A stretch of DNA of 38,080 nucleotides from a virus (lineage: Duplodnaviria > Caudoviricetes): positions 1 to 38,080 of IMG/VR virus record IMGVR_UViG_3300020020_000100; one strand, written 5' to 3'. Within the stretch, counting starts at the first letter, position 1. Each line of letters starts with the position of its first letter. Below the pieces are notes generated by a model. It saw nothing but the letters and a program-made list of their open reading frames with translations, had not been told where the DNA came from and ran no database searches. Below are positions 15,769-25,986 of this stretch, in pieces. A program made the position numbers and the translations under genes.

Positions 15769-16242
15769 CTAGAACGTCAGGATCATGGTTTCGGCCACCG
15801 GGCGAAACCCCATCCGCTGCCAGATTTTGCCGACCCGAAGGTCGGTCACGGGCTGTATGGCAAAGCGCTTGGCGCCCTTCGCCTTCATGGTGTCGAGAAT
15901 AAACCGGACCAGCCGCCGACCGACGCCGTTGCGGTGGTCTGCCTTGATGTAAACGGTATCCTCGCGGGCGTACGGCTCGCTGTTATGCATATCGGTTTGC
16001 AAATAAACGTTCGAATACCCGACGGCCTCGCCCTCTTCCGTCCTGACCACGAACGTAAACAGATAGCCCGCCTGCGCAGCCTGCCGATACACGTCCAGCC
16101 GCGGCTTGTACTCGCCGATCGGTATTCCCTGCCCCGCCAATCGGGAGCGCATTTCTTCATAATGGAGTTTCGCCAGCGGCTCGCAGTCCTTCAGCGCCGC
16201 GTCGAACGGCTCGATCCCGATCGTATAGTGATGTTGGCTCAT
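15769..16242 (-). CDS. GNAT-family acetyltransferase-fold protein
   Basis: Start ATG 16242 (ATGA overlap); VYIKADHRNGVGRRLV acetyl-CoA motif A and IWQRMGF motif B. Confidence 0.8.
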   Translation of the reverse strand: MSQHHYTIGIEPFDAALKDCEPLAKLHYEEMRSRLAGQGIPIGEYKPRLDVYRQAAQAGYLFTFVVRTEEGEAVGYSNVYLQTDMHNSEPYAREDTVYIKADHRNGVGRRLVRFILDTMKAKGAKRFAIQPVTDLRVGKIWQRMGFRPVAETMILTF

Positions 16243-17858
16243 GCCGAGGACTCCCCGGCCGCCACCTGAAGCACGCCCATGTCGATGTCCATCTGCAGCG
16301 GCGTCGAACCGCCCGACGTCACCACGCAGCCGAGCGCCAGCATGTCGCCGGTCGCCCGCACGTTCTGCCGCCGCTCGATCTTTGTGGTGGTGATGCCCTG
16401 GTCCCAGATTGCCTCGTCCCACTTGCCGATGTCCCACGCCGAGGCAATCAGGTCCGCCAGGGTCGCGTCGGGGCCCTCCGGGTCCGTTATGTCGCCATTG
16501 GCGCGGGCAAACAGCCGCACGAACGGATTGACCTGGCCCTGAAAATACATGTGCGCCAGCGTCGCCTGCATCCGCTTGCCAAAGCCGCCGACAGGCATGA
16601 AATGGCTGAGATACATCGCCTTGAACGGCATGCCATCGTCAGCCCCGGAGGCGTTGGCCTGCCAAATGACGCCATTGCCGTCGCCGAAATACAGCGAGCC
16701 CTGGATGGTCGAGTAGGCCCGCGCGCTCCAGCCGGTAATCAGGCTCCACTTGCCCGTCTGCACGTTCAACACATAGGTGGAGTCGGGAGCCACCGTGGTG
16801 AACGGGAAGGTGATCACGGCCAGCGTCTTTTCATCCCACGGCGTAATCGACCAGCCATACGGCATCGCCTCGGCGATCCGGCGCCAGTCATGCTCGATCG
16901 GCCGTGAAATGGCGGCCAGATCGACGGTGTCGCGGTCGCGCTGAAAGACCTGGCTCAAGGGAATGAGACCAGACACCGTACAGATCAGGATATCACCGCC
17001 GGCGCGCAGGAACGCGTTCTTGCCGAGCGGCTTGGCGATCGAATAAACGCCCTTCAGGGACCACGTCGCTGCATCGTCTGGGCCATCGCCCTGATAGACC
17101 GCAATCTCGCCTTCGGTGCTCATGAAACAGCACAGCATGCTGAGGCCGTCGCCGCTTTCCAGTGACCAGGAAAACCCGGTCAGGAGCCCGCCGCCCTGCT
17201 TCATCACGCCGCCGAGCGGAAACACCGTCGCCGCGCCGCCGATCGCGTTGACGCCGAGATAGTAGGCATCGAACGTGCCGGACTTAATCAAAAACTGCCG
17301 CTGCTTGAACAGGAACGCCGCGCCTATATTAGCGCTCGTCGTACCATCCGAGAATGTAATGGCCGGCGTCGTGACCCATGTCGATCCATCATAAATCTGT
17401 CGAGCATCGGTGCCGTTAAAGGCGCACAGGAACGAGCCGCCGGTTGTCGTGTGCTGGAACACCATGAACTCGCCGCTGTTCAGGGCGCTGACGGCCTTTG
17501 GCGTCGTGGCGGGTGGGGCCGGCGGGCTGGAGATGTTATAAATGGCGTTGGCCGTCGCCGCGAACATCTTGTGATTGGCCCCGAATCGATAGGTAAACAT
17601 CGAGGCGATCGGCAGCGGGTCGACCAGAATGGCCCTTCTGACCGAGCCGCCCCTGATCCGCAATCCGGTCAGCGTCGGAACCCAGTTGGTGGCGATCGAG
17701 GCCGACGCCTGGCTGGCTTCCGCCAGGCTGATCGACGTCACCAGTCCGTTGAGCGGGGCCGGATAGACAATCGGCTGTGACGGCGTCGATGTCGGTTCCG
17801 GCAACTTGCCGCGGTTGGTGGATTGCGTGCGCCATGGGCGAACTGCAGCGACCGGCAT
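16239..17858 (-). CDS. Tail nozzle/stabilisation protein (P22 gp10/T7 gp12-like)
   Basis: About 540 aa, beta-rich; PAPLNGL, NWVP...LRIRGG, WDIGKWDEAIW; follows the adaptors. Start placed at ATG 17858 (TGATG coupling). Confidence 0.7.
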   Translation of the reverse strand: MPVAAVRPWRTQSTNRGKLPEPTSTPSQPIVYPAPLNGLVTSISLAEASQASASIATNWVPTLTGLRIRGGSVRRAILVDPLPIASMFTYRFGANHKMFAATANAIYNISSPPAPPATTPKAVSALNSGEFMVFQHTTTGGSFLCAFNGTDARQIYDGSTWVTTPAITFSDGTTSANIGAAFLFKQRQFLIKSGTFDAYYLGVNAIGGAATVFPLGGVMKQGGGLLTGFSWSLESGDGLSMLCCFMSTEGEIAVYQGDGPDDAATWSLKGVYSIAKPLGKNAFLRAGGDILICTVSGLIPLSQVFQRDRDTVDLAAISRPIEHDWRRIAEAMPYGWSITPWDEKTLAVITFPFTTVAPDSTYVLNVQTGKWSLITGWSARAYSTIQGSLYFGDGNGVIWQANASGADDGMPFKAMYLSHFMPVGGFGKRMQATLAHMYFQGQVNPFVRLFARANGDITDPEGPDATLADLIASAWDIGKWDEAIWDQGITTTKIERRQNVRATGDMLALGCVVTSGGSTPLQMDIDMGVLQVAAGESSA

Positions 17859-18463
17859 CAGGCAATCCCCCGATCCGCCTTGATTTCCGACTGCAGCATG
17901 GCCTCGAACTCGGACAAATCGTCGGTGTAATCGAGTCCCTTCTGCCGCTTCCACCGCCACACCATGTTTTTCACGAGCAAATCCTCGGTGAAGACCGGAG
18001 TGTCGTCGTCGCTCTCGAAAACAGCGGTGTAATCACTGCCGCTGATCTTGGCGACGAAGTGCCCGGACACATAGTTCAGCGTCGCCCCCTCCGCCGCCGA
18101 GGTCGGCACCACGTCGATCGTTCCCTCCGAGCGGTAATAGTAGGGGTGCGCCGAGCCGATATACTTCATCACCTCCCACTCGCCGCTGTTGAGCACCGGA
18201 CGCACAAACACTCCCAGCGCCGTGATAATCAGGGAGCCGGGAACGGGCCGGTGATAATCCTCCGGCAGCGTGTACGGCACCCCGGCAATGGTCGCCTGCT
18301 TCAGCAGCCGGTTCCAGTCGACCCGGTGGGCGATTTCCTCGCCGGCCTGCTGGGCGAGCGTCAGCATCGTTTGCGCGGCGGAGTCCGCCGAGCCCGCCAC
18401 CGATGAAAAGCGGTCGAGCGAGACAAGGTCAGCCACTTCATTCGTTGCGGTAATCAGGCTCAT
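17858..18463 (-). CDS. Head-tail adaptor (tail tubular A-like)
   Basis: MSLIT...GEEIAHRVDWNRL...YTLPEDY...WRWKRQKGLDY; start ATG 18463 by ATGA overlap. Confidence 0.7.
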   Translation of the reverse strand: MSLITATNEVADLVSLDRFSSVAGSADSAAQTMLTLAQQAGEEIAHRVDWNRLLKQATIAGVPYTLPEDYHRPVPGSLIITALGVFVRPVLNSGEWEVMKYIGSAHPYYYRSEGTIDVVPTSAAEGATLNYVSGHFVAKISGSDYTAVFESDDDTPVFTEDLLVKNMVWRWKRQKGLDYTDDLSEFEAMLQSEIKADRGIA

Positions 18464-19053
18464 GGGGTTAAATCCCTGTTGACGACACGGGCGCGGCCCC
18501 AGCGGGCGTTTTCGTCGTTCAGCATGACTGTCGAAATAGCCGAGTCCCGCATCGACTCCGCCGCCTTCGCCATCTCGGCGTTCTTGGCCCAAATGCCGAC
18601 CTCGACCGCCAGCGCGTACAAGTAGACGTTGTAATCGAGGTCCAGCAGCCAGTTGGTCGGGTTCATCAGGCTGAGCGGCGGGATTTTGGCATAATAGGTC
18701 ACGGTCAGATCACCGCTCCACGGCGAACCGAGGCTGGTAATCATGCCGTTGCTGATGACAAAGTTGGTCTGCCGGATATCCCCGGCAACATAGGCGCGCG
18801 CCTCGAGGAAATCCGCCGGCAATCTTGCCTCACCGTCGACCACCGGCAGCGCGACCGTCGTTTCTTGGTAGCTGGTGCGCAGGTTGCGGTTCAACTTGGC
18901 TTCCGCCAGGCGGAGAAACAGCGGGAAGACAGCGGCGATGTCGCTGCGTCCGGTATATTCGCCGACGTCCGTCAGCAATTCTGCGTAGGTCGTATCGGAG
19001 AGATGCGTCGGAAGAGGGGGGCCTGTGACCGGCGGGCCAGTTTCAATGGTCAT
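18460..19053 (-). CDS. Phage adaptor-type virion protein
   Basis: TYAELL...LAEAKLNRNLR...LPADFLE...YYAKIPPLS...TNWLL...YLYA. Confidence 0.7.
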   Translation of the reverse strand: MTIETGPPVTGPPLPTHLSDTTYAELLTDVGEYTGRSDIAAVFPLFLRLAEAKLNRNLRTSYQETTVALPVVDGEARLPADFLEARAYVAGDIRQTNFVISNGMITSLGSPWSGDLTVTYYAKIPPLSLMNPTNWLLDLDYNVYLYALAVEVGIWAKNAEMAKAAESMRDSAISTVMLNDENARWGRARVVNRDLTP

Positions 19054-22000
19054 ACCCATACACTCCCGTTCCAGACCTTGACTGGCTTAAGCGCCCAGAC
19101 GCTACCTGTCCACACCTTCACCGGCTTGTCGGCCCAGTCAGCGCCTGTCCAGACACTCATACCAGAGATTACCGTCGGCGTCGTCGTCGTGACCGTTACA
19201 ACACCCACCTCGGCGGCGGCGGCAACGCCGAGTGCCGTAACGTTGGCCTTGCCGCTGACGCCCGCCGCGCCGACCTCCGCGGTTGCCGCCACGGAGGCGG
19301 GCTGGACGGAAACCGAGCCGCCGGCGCTGACCGAAACACCGCCCAGCGCTGACGCAGCGCTGACGCCGGTTAGCGTGATGTTGGCCTTGCCGCTGACCGT
19401 GACGGTTCCAACGGCAGACCCCGCCGCCACGCCGGTCGGCGTGACCGAGACATCGCCACTCGCTTCCCATGGGAAGTAATGCTCCCTCAGCGTCCAGTCG
19501 ATATAGTCCTGGTGCGCGCCGGCCTTGATCGGCGTCTGCGTGTTGGCGGTCGAGGTCGATTTCAGCGCGTACTGCGTCGTTAGGTCGGTGACGTTCTCCC
19601 GGTTCTGCGGGTCGACGAAGTTGGCGGCGTAGGCGGCTTCCAGATAATCGAAGTTCTTGTCGTAGACGGTCGGCGTTCGGGCGATTGCCCCCGCTCCGAT
19701 GACATCAGGCCCCATCCGGTTAGAGACGTTGTACTTGGCCTCAATGCCGTCTGGATTGCCGAAGTAGATCGCGCCGACGACGATGGCGTCGGGGTCTTCG
19801 ACGGCGGTGTTGTTGTAAACGACCGTATTGCCCCAACTGCCCAGAGAGATCAGGTTGGCGAAGCCACCGAGTACGATGAGGTTTCCAGCGACCACACTGT
19901 CGCGAATGGTGTGTATCGCCATCAACGCCTGATCGCCGGTAGCGGTATGCGACATGCTCACATTGTAAGTGCCTGTCGTGCCTGTCCCCGTCCCAAACGT
20001 CGTAATCGTCGTTCCCGGCAGCACGCCGGGTCCGTAAAGCGCCATGCCAACCGAGAGCGGAGGCTGCGGCGGGTTCGGAGGCTTGATCTGGGTGACGGTC
20101 AGCACCGTGCCGCTGATCGAACCAATCGAAATGATGCAAGGGTCTGCGCCGCCGAACGGCCCCTGTGCGCCAGGCCCCAGCAGCGGGTTGACGAAGGGTT
20201 CGGGAAAATCGCCAATCTGGAACTGATTGCAAACTATGCGAATATTGGTGGCGGACCAGGAATACCTGTGGAACTGCAGGCAGTCGGGATGCAGGCCGGA
20301 GCCCGGATGGCCAGCGGTCTGGTTGAGGCCGCGAGCGTTGGTCCAGTGGTTCCACGCGATGGTGTAGTTGGCCCCGTTCGACGGGAAGATCAACATCCCG
20401 TCCGCGTACCAGCGCTCTATGGTGTTGCCAATGATGTAGACGTTGCCGTTGCCCACGGGGGGAGCGCTGTTAAGGCCGGCTTCAAGGGCCTGTATGCCGG
20501 TGCCGACATCGTGGATGTGGTTGTCCTGTATCCACACCTTGCCCGCCGAGGTCAGGATGCCGGAATAAACCTGCAGCTCCGTGGCCAGGGCGTGATTGGG
20601 TTCGCTGGAGATGTCGCAGTTGTCGATGGCGCAACTGTGCGCGCTGTTATCGATGGCGAGCGCCGACGACGTATATGTCGCGCCGGTCACGGCAACGAGC
20701 GGCATGTAGACAAGCTTCAGATTGTGAAAGCGGAGGTACTGGGCTGGCCCGCTTGGCTGATTGCCGAGAACCCTGATCTTGGCAATGACCGGCAGCGCCC
20801 CGGCGTGCGGCGTGATCTTGATGAAGGTGCCGGTATCGAGGTCATAGCCCTTGTCGGGATGGTCAACATCCTTCAGCGATGGCGCAACCCACGTTCCGCC
20901 GGGAGTTGTAGCGCGGTAGCAGGCGAGAGTTTGTGCCGAGTTATAAACCGCATCTCCGGTGCGCAGCAGGACAGTGTTGCCGAAGGCAATGGTCGTGGCC
21001 TTGAGCGCAAGCTCCATCTGCGCGTGGTCGATGACCGAATAGGAGGTGGCGAGGTCGTTGCCGTCTGCGTCGGTGCCGCTCGACTTGATGGTGACATCGA
21101 TGACGCCGAGCGTCGTCGTGCAGCGCAGCACCGCGCCGTGGCTGGCCGCAGGCGTGCTGCTCGCGCGCCGCAGCCTGCCGCTGGTGACGCCCCAGTTCGT
21201 TCCGGTGCCGGAGATGACACTATCGACACTGACGAAATCGACCTGCGCCCCAGTGATGTCTCTTGCTTTGGCTCCGCCGGCGCTGGCAAGCGTCTTGCCG
21301 CCGAACTCGATGGTCTGGTTGGCAATGCCGGCGCCTGCCGTGACGGAAACCGTGCCGACCGCCGCGCCCGCAGCAACGCCGGCTGGCGTGACGGTGACGC
21401 CCGCCACTCCAGCCGCGGCGAACGAAGCGGCGACGAGCGCCTTGTTGCCCGACGTTATCTCGGACAGCGTCAGGTTGCGGGTTTCCGCGACGCTGTTGTT
21501 GATATGGCCGAAATTGACGACTGAAGCCGCTTCCAGCACGGCATTGTAATCGGTGACGACTGCGTCCGGCGATCCCGGCCAGGTCACGGTGGTGAGGGCT
21601 GTCGCAGCGGGTTGCGAGCCAACATAAACAACGTGCCCGCCCGCCTCGACGGTCAGCGGCACGATGCTGTCGACGGTCGAGAAGTCAGTGTCGCTGCCGA
21701 AATTAACGGCGGCGCCGGTGGTTGCGTAATCGACCCACACGGTGGCCGCGCAGCGCGTAGCCGTGCCGGGAACCGTGACCACCACATTGGCCGTCGTCAG
21801 TCCGGCGAGCGCCGTTGCCGCCGTCGAGAGCGTCCAGAGCGAGGCATAGGTATTGGACGCCACGAGCGTCGCCGCAACCCCGCCGACCGTGACGGCGCTG
21901 GCATTGACGGTCGGCGTATAGACGCCGATGTGCAGCCGGCGGTGGGCGTGGTCGGTGCCGATGTCCTTCGCCGTGAAGGTGTAGGAGAGGGCGTTGACGT

Positions 22001-25000
22001 CGCTGGTGTTGGTCCACAGATAGGCAAAATCGGGCGCAGCGCCTGGAATGCTGACCGTGACAGCGCCGACCGCGGAGGCAGCGCTCACACCCGTTGGCGT
22101 GATGTCGACAAACTGCTTGGCGGCGACCGTGACCGTGCCGACGGCGGTTGCGGCCGATTGGCCGATGGGAGCAGCCGATATGCCGCCCCCCGCTGCAACG
22201 GACACACCACCGACCGCCGCCGGAGCGGCTACGCCCGTGACCGTGACGTTCGCCTTGCCGACGACTGTTGGCGTGCCGACCGTCGTGGTGGCCGCCACGC
22301 CCGTCGTTGTAACGGCGGCATTGCCCGTTGCTGTGGCTGTGCCGACCGCACTCCCCGCACTGACGCCCGTCGCCGCAACGGTGGCTTTCCCCGTAACTGT
22401 GGCCGCGCCAACCGCAGACCCTGCCGCTACGCCCGTGACTGCAAAACTGACGGGAGCATCCCACGCGGTAAAGCCGGACGGCGCGGCCAGGATGAAATCC
22501 GGCCCGGTGCGCAGCGAAATCGTCTGGCCGCTGTCCAGCCACGCCGCGAGGCGGTTATCCGTCAACGTGCCGGGATACCCGTTGCCGCCCGTGCCGGCGG
22601 CGGGATCGCCGGAGGGTATCCACGTCTTGTCGTTGACGCGAAACCATATTTTGCGGGCCGTGAGGTCGGCGGCGATCCCGATGACATCGCCGGGCTGCCA
22701 CGTCCAACCGGGATCGGATGCGGAACTGGTACCGTCCAGATAACCCTCTGGGGCAAAGAGGAGGTAGGGGCTATAGTCGTTGACGTCGACGAGGCCGAGC
22801 AGCGGCGCGTCGCCGACCCCGTCCGTATAGCCGACTTGCCAGAACTCGGCGTAGAACTTGCCGCTGTTGTGGGCGGCCTTGCTGTAGCTCTCCGACCCGC
22901 TGCCTATAGCGGTTGTCGTGGTGTTGCCGTTGCTCAGCGTCCGGTTGGCCCCGGTGGTGGCGTCCCACATTCCGCTCGCCACCGAGGCGGACGTGCCGTA
23001 GGCGAAGGGCGCGCCGACCTCAGCCCCTGCGGTGACGCTGGCGGGAGTAACCGATATGCCGCCGCCCGCCGAGGCGGAGACGCCGCCGAGCGCCGCAGGG
23101 GCTGTTACGCCGGTTAGCGTGACGTTGGCCTTGCCGACGATGGAGACCGTCCCGGCAGCCGTGGCGGCAGCCACACCCGTTGGCGTAACGATAACCTGGC
23201 CGACGACCGTCGGCGTGCCGAGCGCAGACCCAGCCGCCACGCCGGTTAACGTGACGTTGGCCTTGCCAGCGACCGAAACCGAGCCAAGCGCCGTAGCCGA
23301 CGCTACGCCCGTCGCATCGATTGTGACGTTGGTCTTGCCGACAGCCGCAACAGTGCCCAGCGCCGAGGCGGCGGAAACGCCGATAGCCTCGAACGAAACG
23401 CCGCCCGCAGTGGCGACGCCCGGCGCGCCAACATCCGTGCCCGCAGTGACGCCCGCAACCGTGACATTGGCCTTGCCGCTGACCGTGGCTGCGCCGACCG
23501 CCGCGGCGGCTGCCTGGCCGGTCGTCGTGACGCCAACACCCTGCCCGGTGGCGACAGTGCCGAGCGCCGCTCCAGCAGCAACGCCGGTCGCGGTGACATT
23601 GGCCTTGCCGGTTGCCGTGGCCGTGCCGACCGCGCTGCCTGCTGCCTGGCCGGTAGCAGCGAATGAAATGTTGGCAACTGTGGCAACCGTGACTGTGCCG
23701 ACCGCGCTGCCTGCACTGACGCCCGTTGCTGCTACTGAAACACCACCACCAGCCGAAGCAATCCTGAACGCGCCGGCGACCAGCACATGACCGGCGCTGA
23801 CCGAGGCTGTGACCGACACATTGCCCGTCGCGCCCGCCGTCGCCTTGACCGCATCGAAAATAGCGAGCGAGCCATCCGCGCCGCTTGTGTTGAGGCTGTC
23901 GGCGCGCTCGATCCATGCCGTTGAACTCGGCGCGGTGGTGGTGTTGGTCGCGCCGGAGGCCGTTATCGGGACACCCGGCGACCACGCTGTAAAGCCGGAA
24001 GGAACAGACTGCGTGAACTCCGCCGTTAGTGTGCGGAGCGTTACCGCCGTGGTGGCAAAGTCAAAAATCGACCATAGAGCATGGTCGGTGTTGGCGGCAG
24101 CCGACGCATCGAAGCCGCCCGTGTTGGTTGCCGGATCATGCCCCGCTGTATTGTTCCAGTTGCCGGCATTCCTGCGAAACCAGATCCTCTCAGCGCCCGT
24201 GTCCCAGGCGAGAGAAATCACATCGCCGATAGCAATTGCAGCGCCGAATGAGCCGACATTCACGCCGATTACCCAAATGGCGCCCGTGTCACTGACTCTG
24301 CACGTTAATGAGTAGGAGCTCAGTGCATTCGTCAGTGGTGAAACACCGAGACTGCTTGGAATACTGCCGCCACCGAGTAGGAACTCGGCGTAATATTTAC
24401 CGGCTGTTCCATTCGTCTTCGCTACAATCGATCGAATGCCCTGAGAGGACCCCGAAGAATATGTCGCTGTTTTGTCGGCATTGGACAGCGTGAGTCCCGC
24501 CGCCTTGTCGCTACTGCTCCAATACACAGGCAGTGCATTGGTAAAGCCGGACCATGCCGCCTCCTGCCCGCCGGCCAACATGACGACAATCAGGTTGTCG
24601 GCCTCTGTTGTGGTCATGCCGGCGACGTTGACCGCCGTGGTGGCTGTCGGCGTAGTGACCGACCCGGCATTGGCCAGCACCGATGACGTGGCGTTGCCGC
24701 GATAGGCGACAATCTGGCCAATCGACTGCGACGGCGCGACGGGGTGCGTAAAGGTAAGCGCCGGGGCCGACGCGCCGCGCACGATATAGGCCATCACGCC
24801 GGTCGGCAGCGCGCTGGACGTGGTGAGGGTATTGTTGTTGTTCTGGCCGCTGACCAGCGTCCAGCCCGACGCCAGGGTCATCGGGGTCGTCGAGGCAATG
24901 CGGGTCGAGAACGTTGCGATCAGCAGATCGCCGGCCGCCACGCCCGCCGGTTCGGTTAGCGTGTGGCCGGTGGTCGCGACAACGACAGGCGTCGAGACGC

Positions 25001-25019
25001 CAACAATCGACCAGGCCAT
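19050..25019 (-). CDS. Giant multidomain fibre/adhesin (1989 aa) with two SPRY-like domains and a beta-helix (depolymerase-like) region
   Basis: About 20-aa TGV(A/S)A.SAVG.V.V repeats; two LSN...GK(Y/F)YAEF...GDVI..A.D....IWFR.N domains; IDNCDI/IQDNHIHD/IIGNTIE/IAWNHW/VAGNLI beta-helix ladder; C-terminal KPVKVW.G..W repeats. Confidence 0.75.
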   Translation of the reverse strand: MAWSIVGVSTPVVVATTGHTLTEPAGVAAGDLLIATFSTRIASTTPMTLASGWTLVSGQNNNNTLTTSSALPTGVMAYIVRGASAPALTFTHPVAPSQSIGQIVAYRGNATSSVLANAGSVTTPTATTAVNVAGMTTTEADNLIVVMLAGGQEAAWSGFTNALPVYWSSSDKAAGLTLSNADKTATYSSGSSQGIRSIVAKTNGTAGKYYAEFLLGGGSIPSSLGVSPLTNALSSYSLTCRVSDTGAIWVIGVNVGSFGAAIAIGDVISLAWDTGAERIWFRRNAGNWNNTAGHDPATNTGGFDASAAANTDHALWSIFDFATTAVTLRTLTAEFTQSVPSGFTAWSPGVPITASGATNTTTAPSSTAWIERADSLNTSGADGSLAIFDAVKATAGATGNVSVTASVSAGHVLVAGAFRIASAGGGVSVAATGVSAGSAVGTVTVATVANISFAATGQAAGSAVGTATATGKANVTATGVAAGAALGTVATGQGVGVTTTGQAAAAAVGAATVSGKANVTVAGVTAGTDVGAPGVATAGGVSFEAIGVSAASALGTVAAVGKTNVTIDATGVASATALGSVSVAGKANVTLTGVAAGSALGTPTVVGQVIVTPTGVAAATAAGTVSIVGKANVTLTGVTAPAALGGVSASAGGGISVTPASVTAGAEVGAPFAYGTSASVASGMWDATTGANRTLSNGNTTTTAIGSGSESYSKAAHNSGKFYAEFWQVGYTDGVGDAPLLGLVDVNDYSPYLLFAPEGYLDGTSSASDPGWTWQPGDVIGIAADLTARKIWFRVNDKTWIPSGDPAAGTGGNGYPGTLTDNRLAAWLDSGQTISLRTGPDFILAAPSGFTAWDAPVSFAVTGVAAGSAVGAATVTGKATVAATGVSAGSAVGTATATGNAAVTTTGVAATTTVGTPTVVGKANVTVTGVAAPAAVGGVSVAAGGGISAAPIGQSAATAVGTVTVAAKQFVDITPTGVSAASAVGAVTVSIPGAAPDFAYLWTNTSDVNALSYTFTAKDIGTDHAHRRLHIGVYTPTVNASAVTVGGVAATLVASNTYASLWTLSTAATALAGLTTANVVVTVPGTATRCAATVWVDYATTGAAVNFGSDTDFSTVDSIVPLTVEAGGHVVYVGSQPAATALTTVTWPGSPDAVVTDYNAVLEAASVVNFGHINNSVAETRNLTLSEITSGNKALVAASFAAAGVAGVTVTPAGVAAGAAVGTVSVTAGAGIANQTIEFGGKTLASAGGAKARDITGAQVDFVSVDSVISGTGTNWGVTSGRLRRASSTPAASHGAVLRCTTTLGVIDVTIKSSGTDADGNDLATSYSVIDHAQMELALKATTIAFGNTVLLRTGDAVYNSAQTLACYRATTPGGTWVAPSLKDVDHPDKGYDLDTGTFIKITPHAGALPVIAKIRVLGNQPSGPAQYLRFHNLKLVYMPLVAVTGATYTSSALAIDNSAHSCAIDNCDISSEPNHALATELQVYSGILTSAGKVWIQDNHIHDVGTGIQALEAGLNSAPPVGNGNVYIIGNTIERWYADGMLIFPSNGANYTIAWNHWTNARGLNQTAGHPGSGLHPDCLQFHRYSWSATNIRIVCNQFQIGDFPEPFVNPLLGPGAQGPFGGADPCIISIGSISGTVLTVTQIKPPNPPQPPLSVGMALYGPGVLPGTTITTFGTGTGTTGTYNVSMSHTATGDQALMAIHTIRDSVVAGNLIVLGGFANLISLGSWGNTVVYNNTAVEDPDAIVVGAIYFGNPDGIEAKYNVSNRMGPDVIGAGAIARTPTVYDKNFDYLEAAYAANFVDPQNRENVTDLTTQYALKSTSTANTQTPIKAGAHQDYIDWTLREHYFPWEASGDVSVTPTGVAAGSAVGTVTVSGKANITLTGVSAASALGGVSVSAGGSVSVQPASVAATAEVGAAGVSGKANVTALGVAAAAEVGVVTVTTTTPTVISGMSVWTGADWADKPVKVWTGSVWALKPVKVWNGSVWV

Positions 25020-25030
25020 TTAGGCAGCCT

Positions 25031-25465
25031 TCAGGTGATGCGGATAATCGCGTTGCCGCCGGTCTGTGCGGGCAGGGTGATGGTGAAATCGCCGGCGCTG
25101 GAGGTCTTGTCGCCGCCGAAATCCAGAATGCAGACGGCCTTGTTGCCATCGGTCGTGTTGTAGATCATGGCGCTGCGGGCGGTAAAGGTGCTCGCCGTCC
25201 AGGTAATCGGCGAACTGAACGAAACGCAGCCCTGGTTGCCGTTCAGCACCGGGGTGACGTTGGTCAGCACCTTGGCCGCATAGGCGGTGCCGGACGTCGA
25301 CACCTCGCCGACGATGCCGCTATAGTTGGTCAGCGTCGACGGGGTGTTGGTCGAGGCCGAGGTCATCAGCGCCATCGAGAACGAGTCGGTCGCAACCGTA
25401 AAGTTATGGGTGCCGATCAGCACCTCTTGCTTGAAGGTATCGCAAATGCCTGCTGTGGCTGCCAT
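25031..25465 (-). CDS. Conserved phage structural protein (fibre-associated)
   Basis: FKQEVLIGTHNF...TARSAMIYN...AVCILDFGGDKTS..GDFTI...AIIRI is a pattern I recall upstream of such fibre genes; SD AAGGAG. Confidence 0.7.
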   Translation of the reverse strand: MAATAGICDTFKQEVLIGTHNFTVATDSFSMALMTSASTNTPSTLTNYSGIVGEVSTSGTAYAAKVLTNVTPVLNGNQGCVSFSSPITWTASTFTARSAMIYNTTDGNKAVCILDFGGDKTSSAGDFTITLPAQTGGNAIIRIT

Positions 25466-25470
25466 GGTCT

Positions 25471-25773
25471 TTACTCCTTGCTGGCAAGGACAAGCGCGGC
25501 TGCTTCGTGCATGCCGGCCTGCCTCAGTTGGTAGATCAGGGTGGTGTGGTTGGACTGGATGGCCTGCCGGATGCCGGCGTCCAGCACGCCTTTGACATTC
25601 TCGCGATAGGCGCGCGCCTGCTCGCGAATGCCGGGCGGGGCAGTGTCCGAGATGTAGAGGATATGGCGAGTGATTTCGTCAACGTAGAACTCGACCGGCA
25701 GCCCCCGATTGGTCGTGGTTTGGACCTTTACTCTGCCCAGCCCGAAGCCGGATGATTGTCCATTCAGACTCAT
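25471..25773 (-). CDS. Conserved hypothetical phage protein
   Basis: VQTTTNRG...ISDTAPPGIREQARAY; tightly packed with neighbours. Confidence 0.7.
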   Translation of the reverse strand: MSLNGQSSGFGLGRVKVQTTTNRGLPVEFYVDEITRHILYISDTAPPGIREQARAYRENVKGVLDAGIRQAIQSNHTTLIYQLRQAGMHEAAALVLASKE

Positions 25774-25985
25774 GTCGTGTCGATCCAGACGTCGTTGATG
25801 GCGGGGCTTAGGGGTTCTTCGCTGCCGACCGTCAGGCGCACCGAGCCCTTGACGTTGCCGGCCGTCGTGACGGGCAACACGGCCCCGAACAAGGAGGCTG
25901 GGGACAGGGAGACATCATCGCGCGATGCCGCCTCGGCCTCCGCCTTGGTGGCTGTGGGGAGAACGTGAGTATGAAACTGGACGAT
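25770..25985 (-). CDS. Small fibre-motif protein with non-canonical (ATC) start
   Basis: Not in ORF track. Frame reads (I)VQFHTHVLPTATKAEAEAASRDDVSLSPASLFGAVLPVTTAGNVKGSVRLTVGSEEPLSPAINDVWIDTT*. It fills the gap exactly and its stop overlaps the next ATG (ATGA). Confidence 0.65.
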   Translation of the reverse strand: MVQFHTHVLPTATKAEAEAASRDDVSLSPASLFGAVLPVTTAGNVKGSVRLTVGSEEPLSPAINDVWIDTT

Positions 25986-25986
25986 A

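Noticed and set aside
15769-16242. GNAT acetyltransferase as a novel accessory enzyme
   Set aside because: A GNAT-fold gene between nozzle and ejection genes is a common feature of podovirus tail modules.
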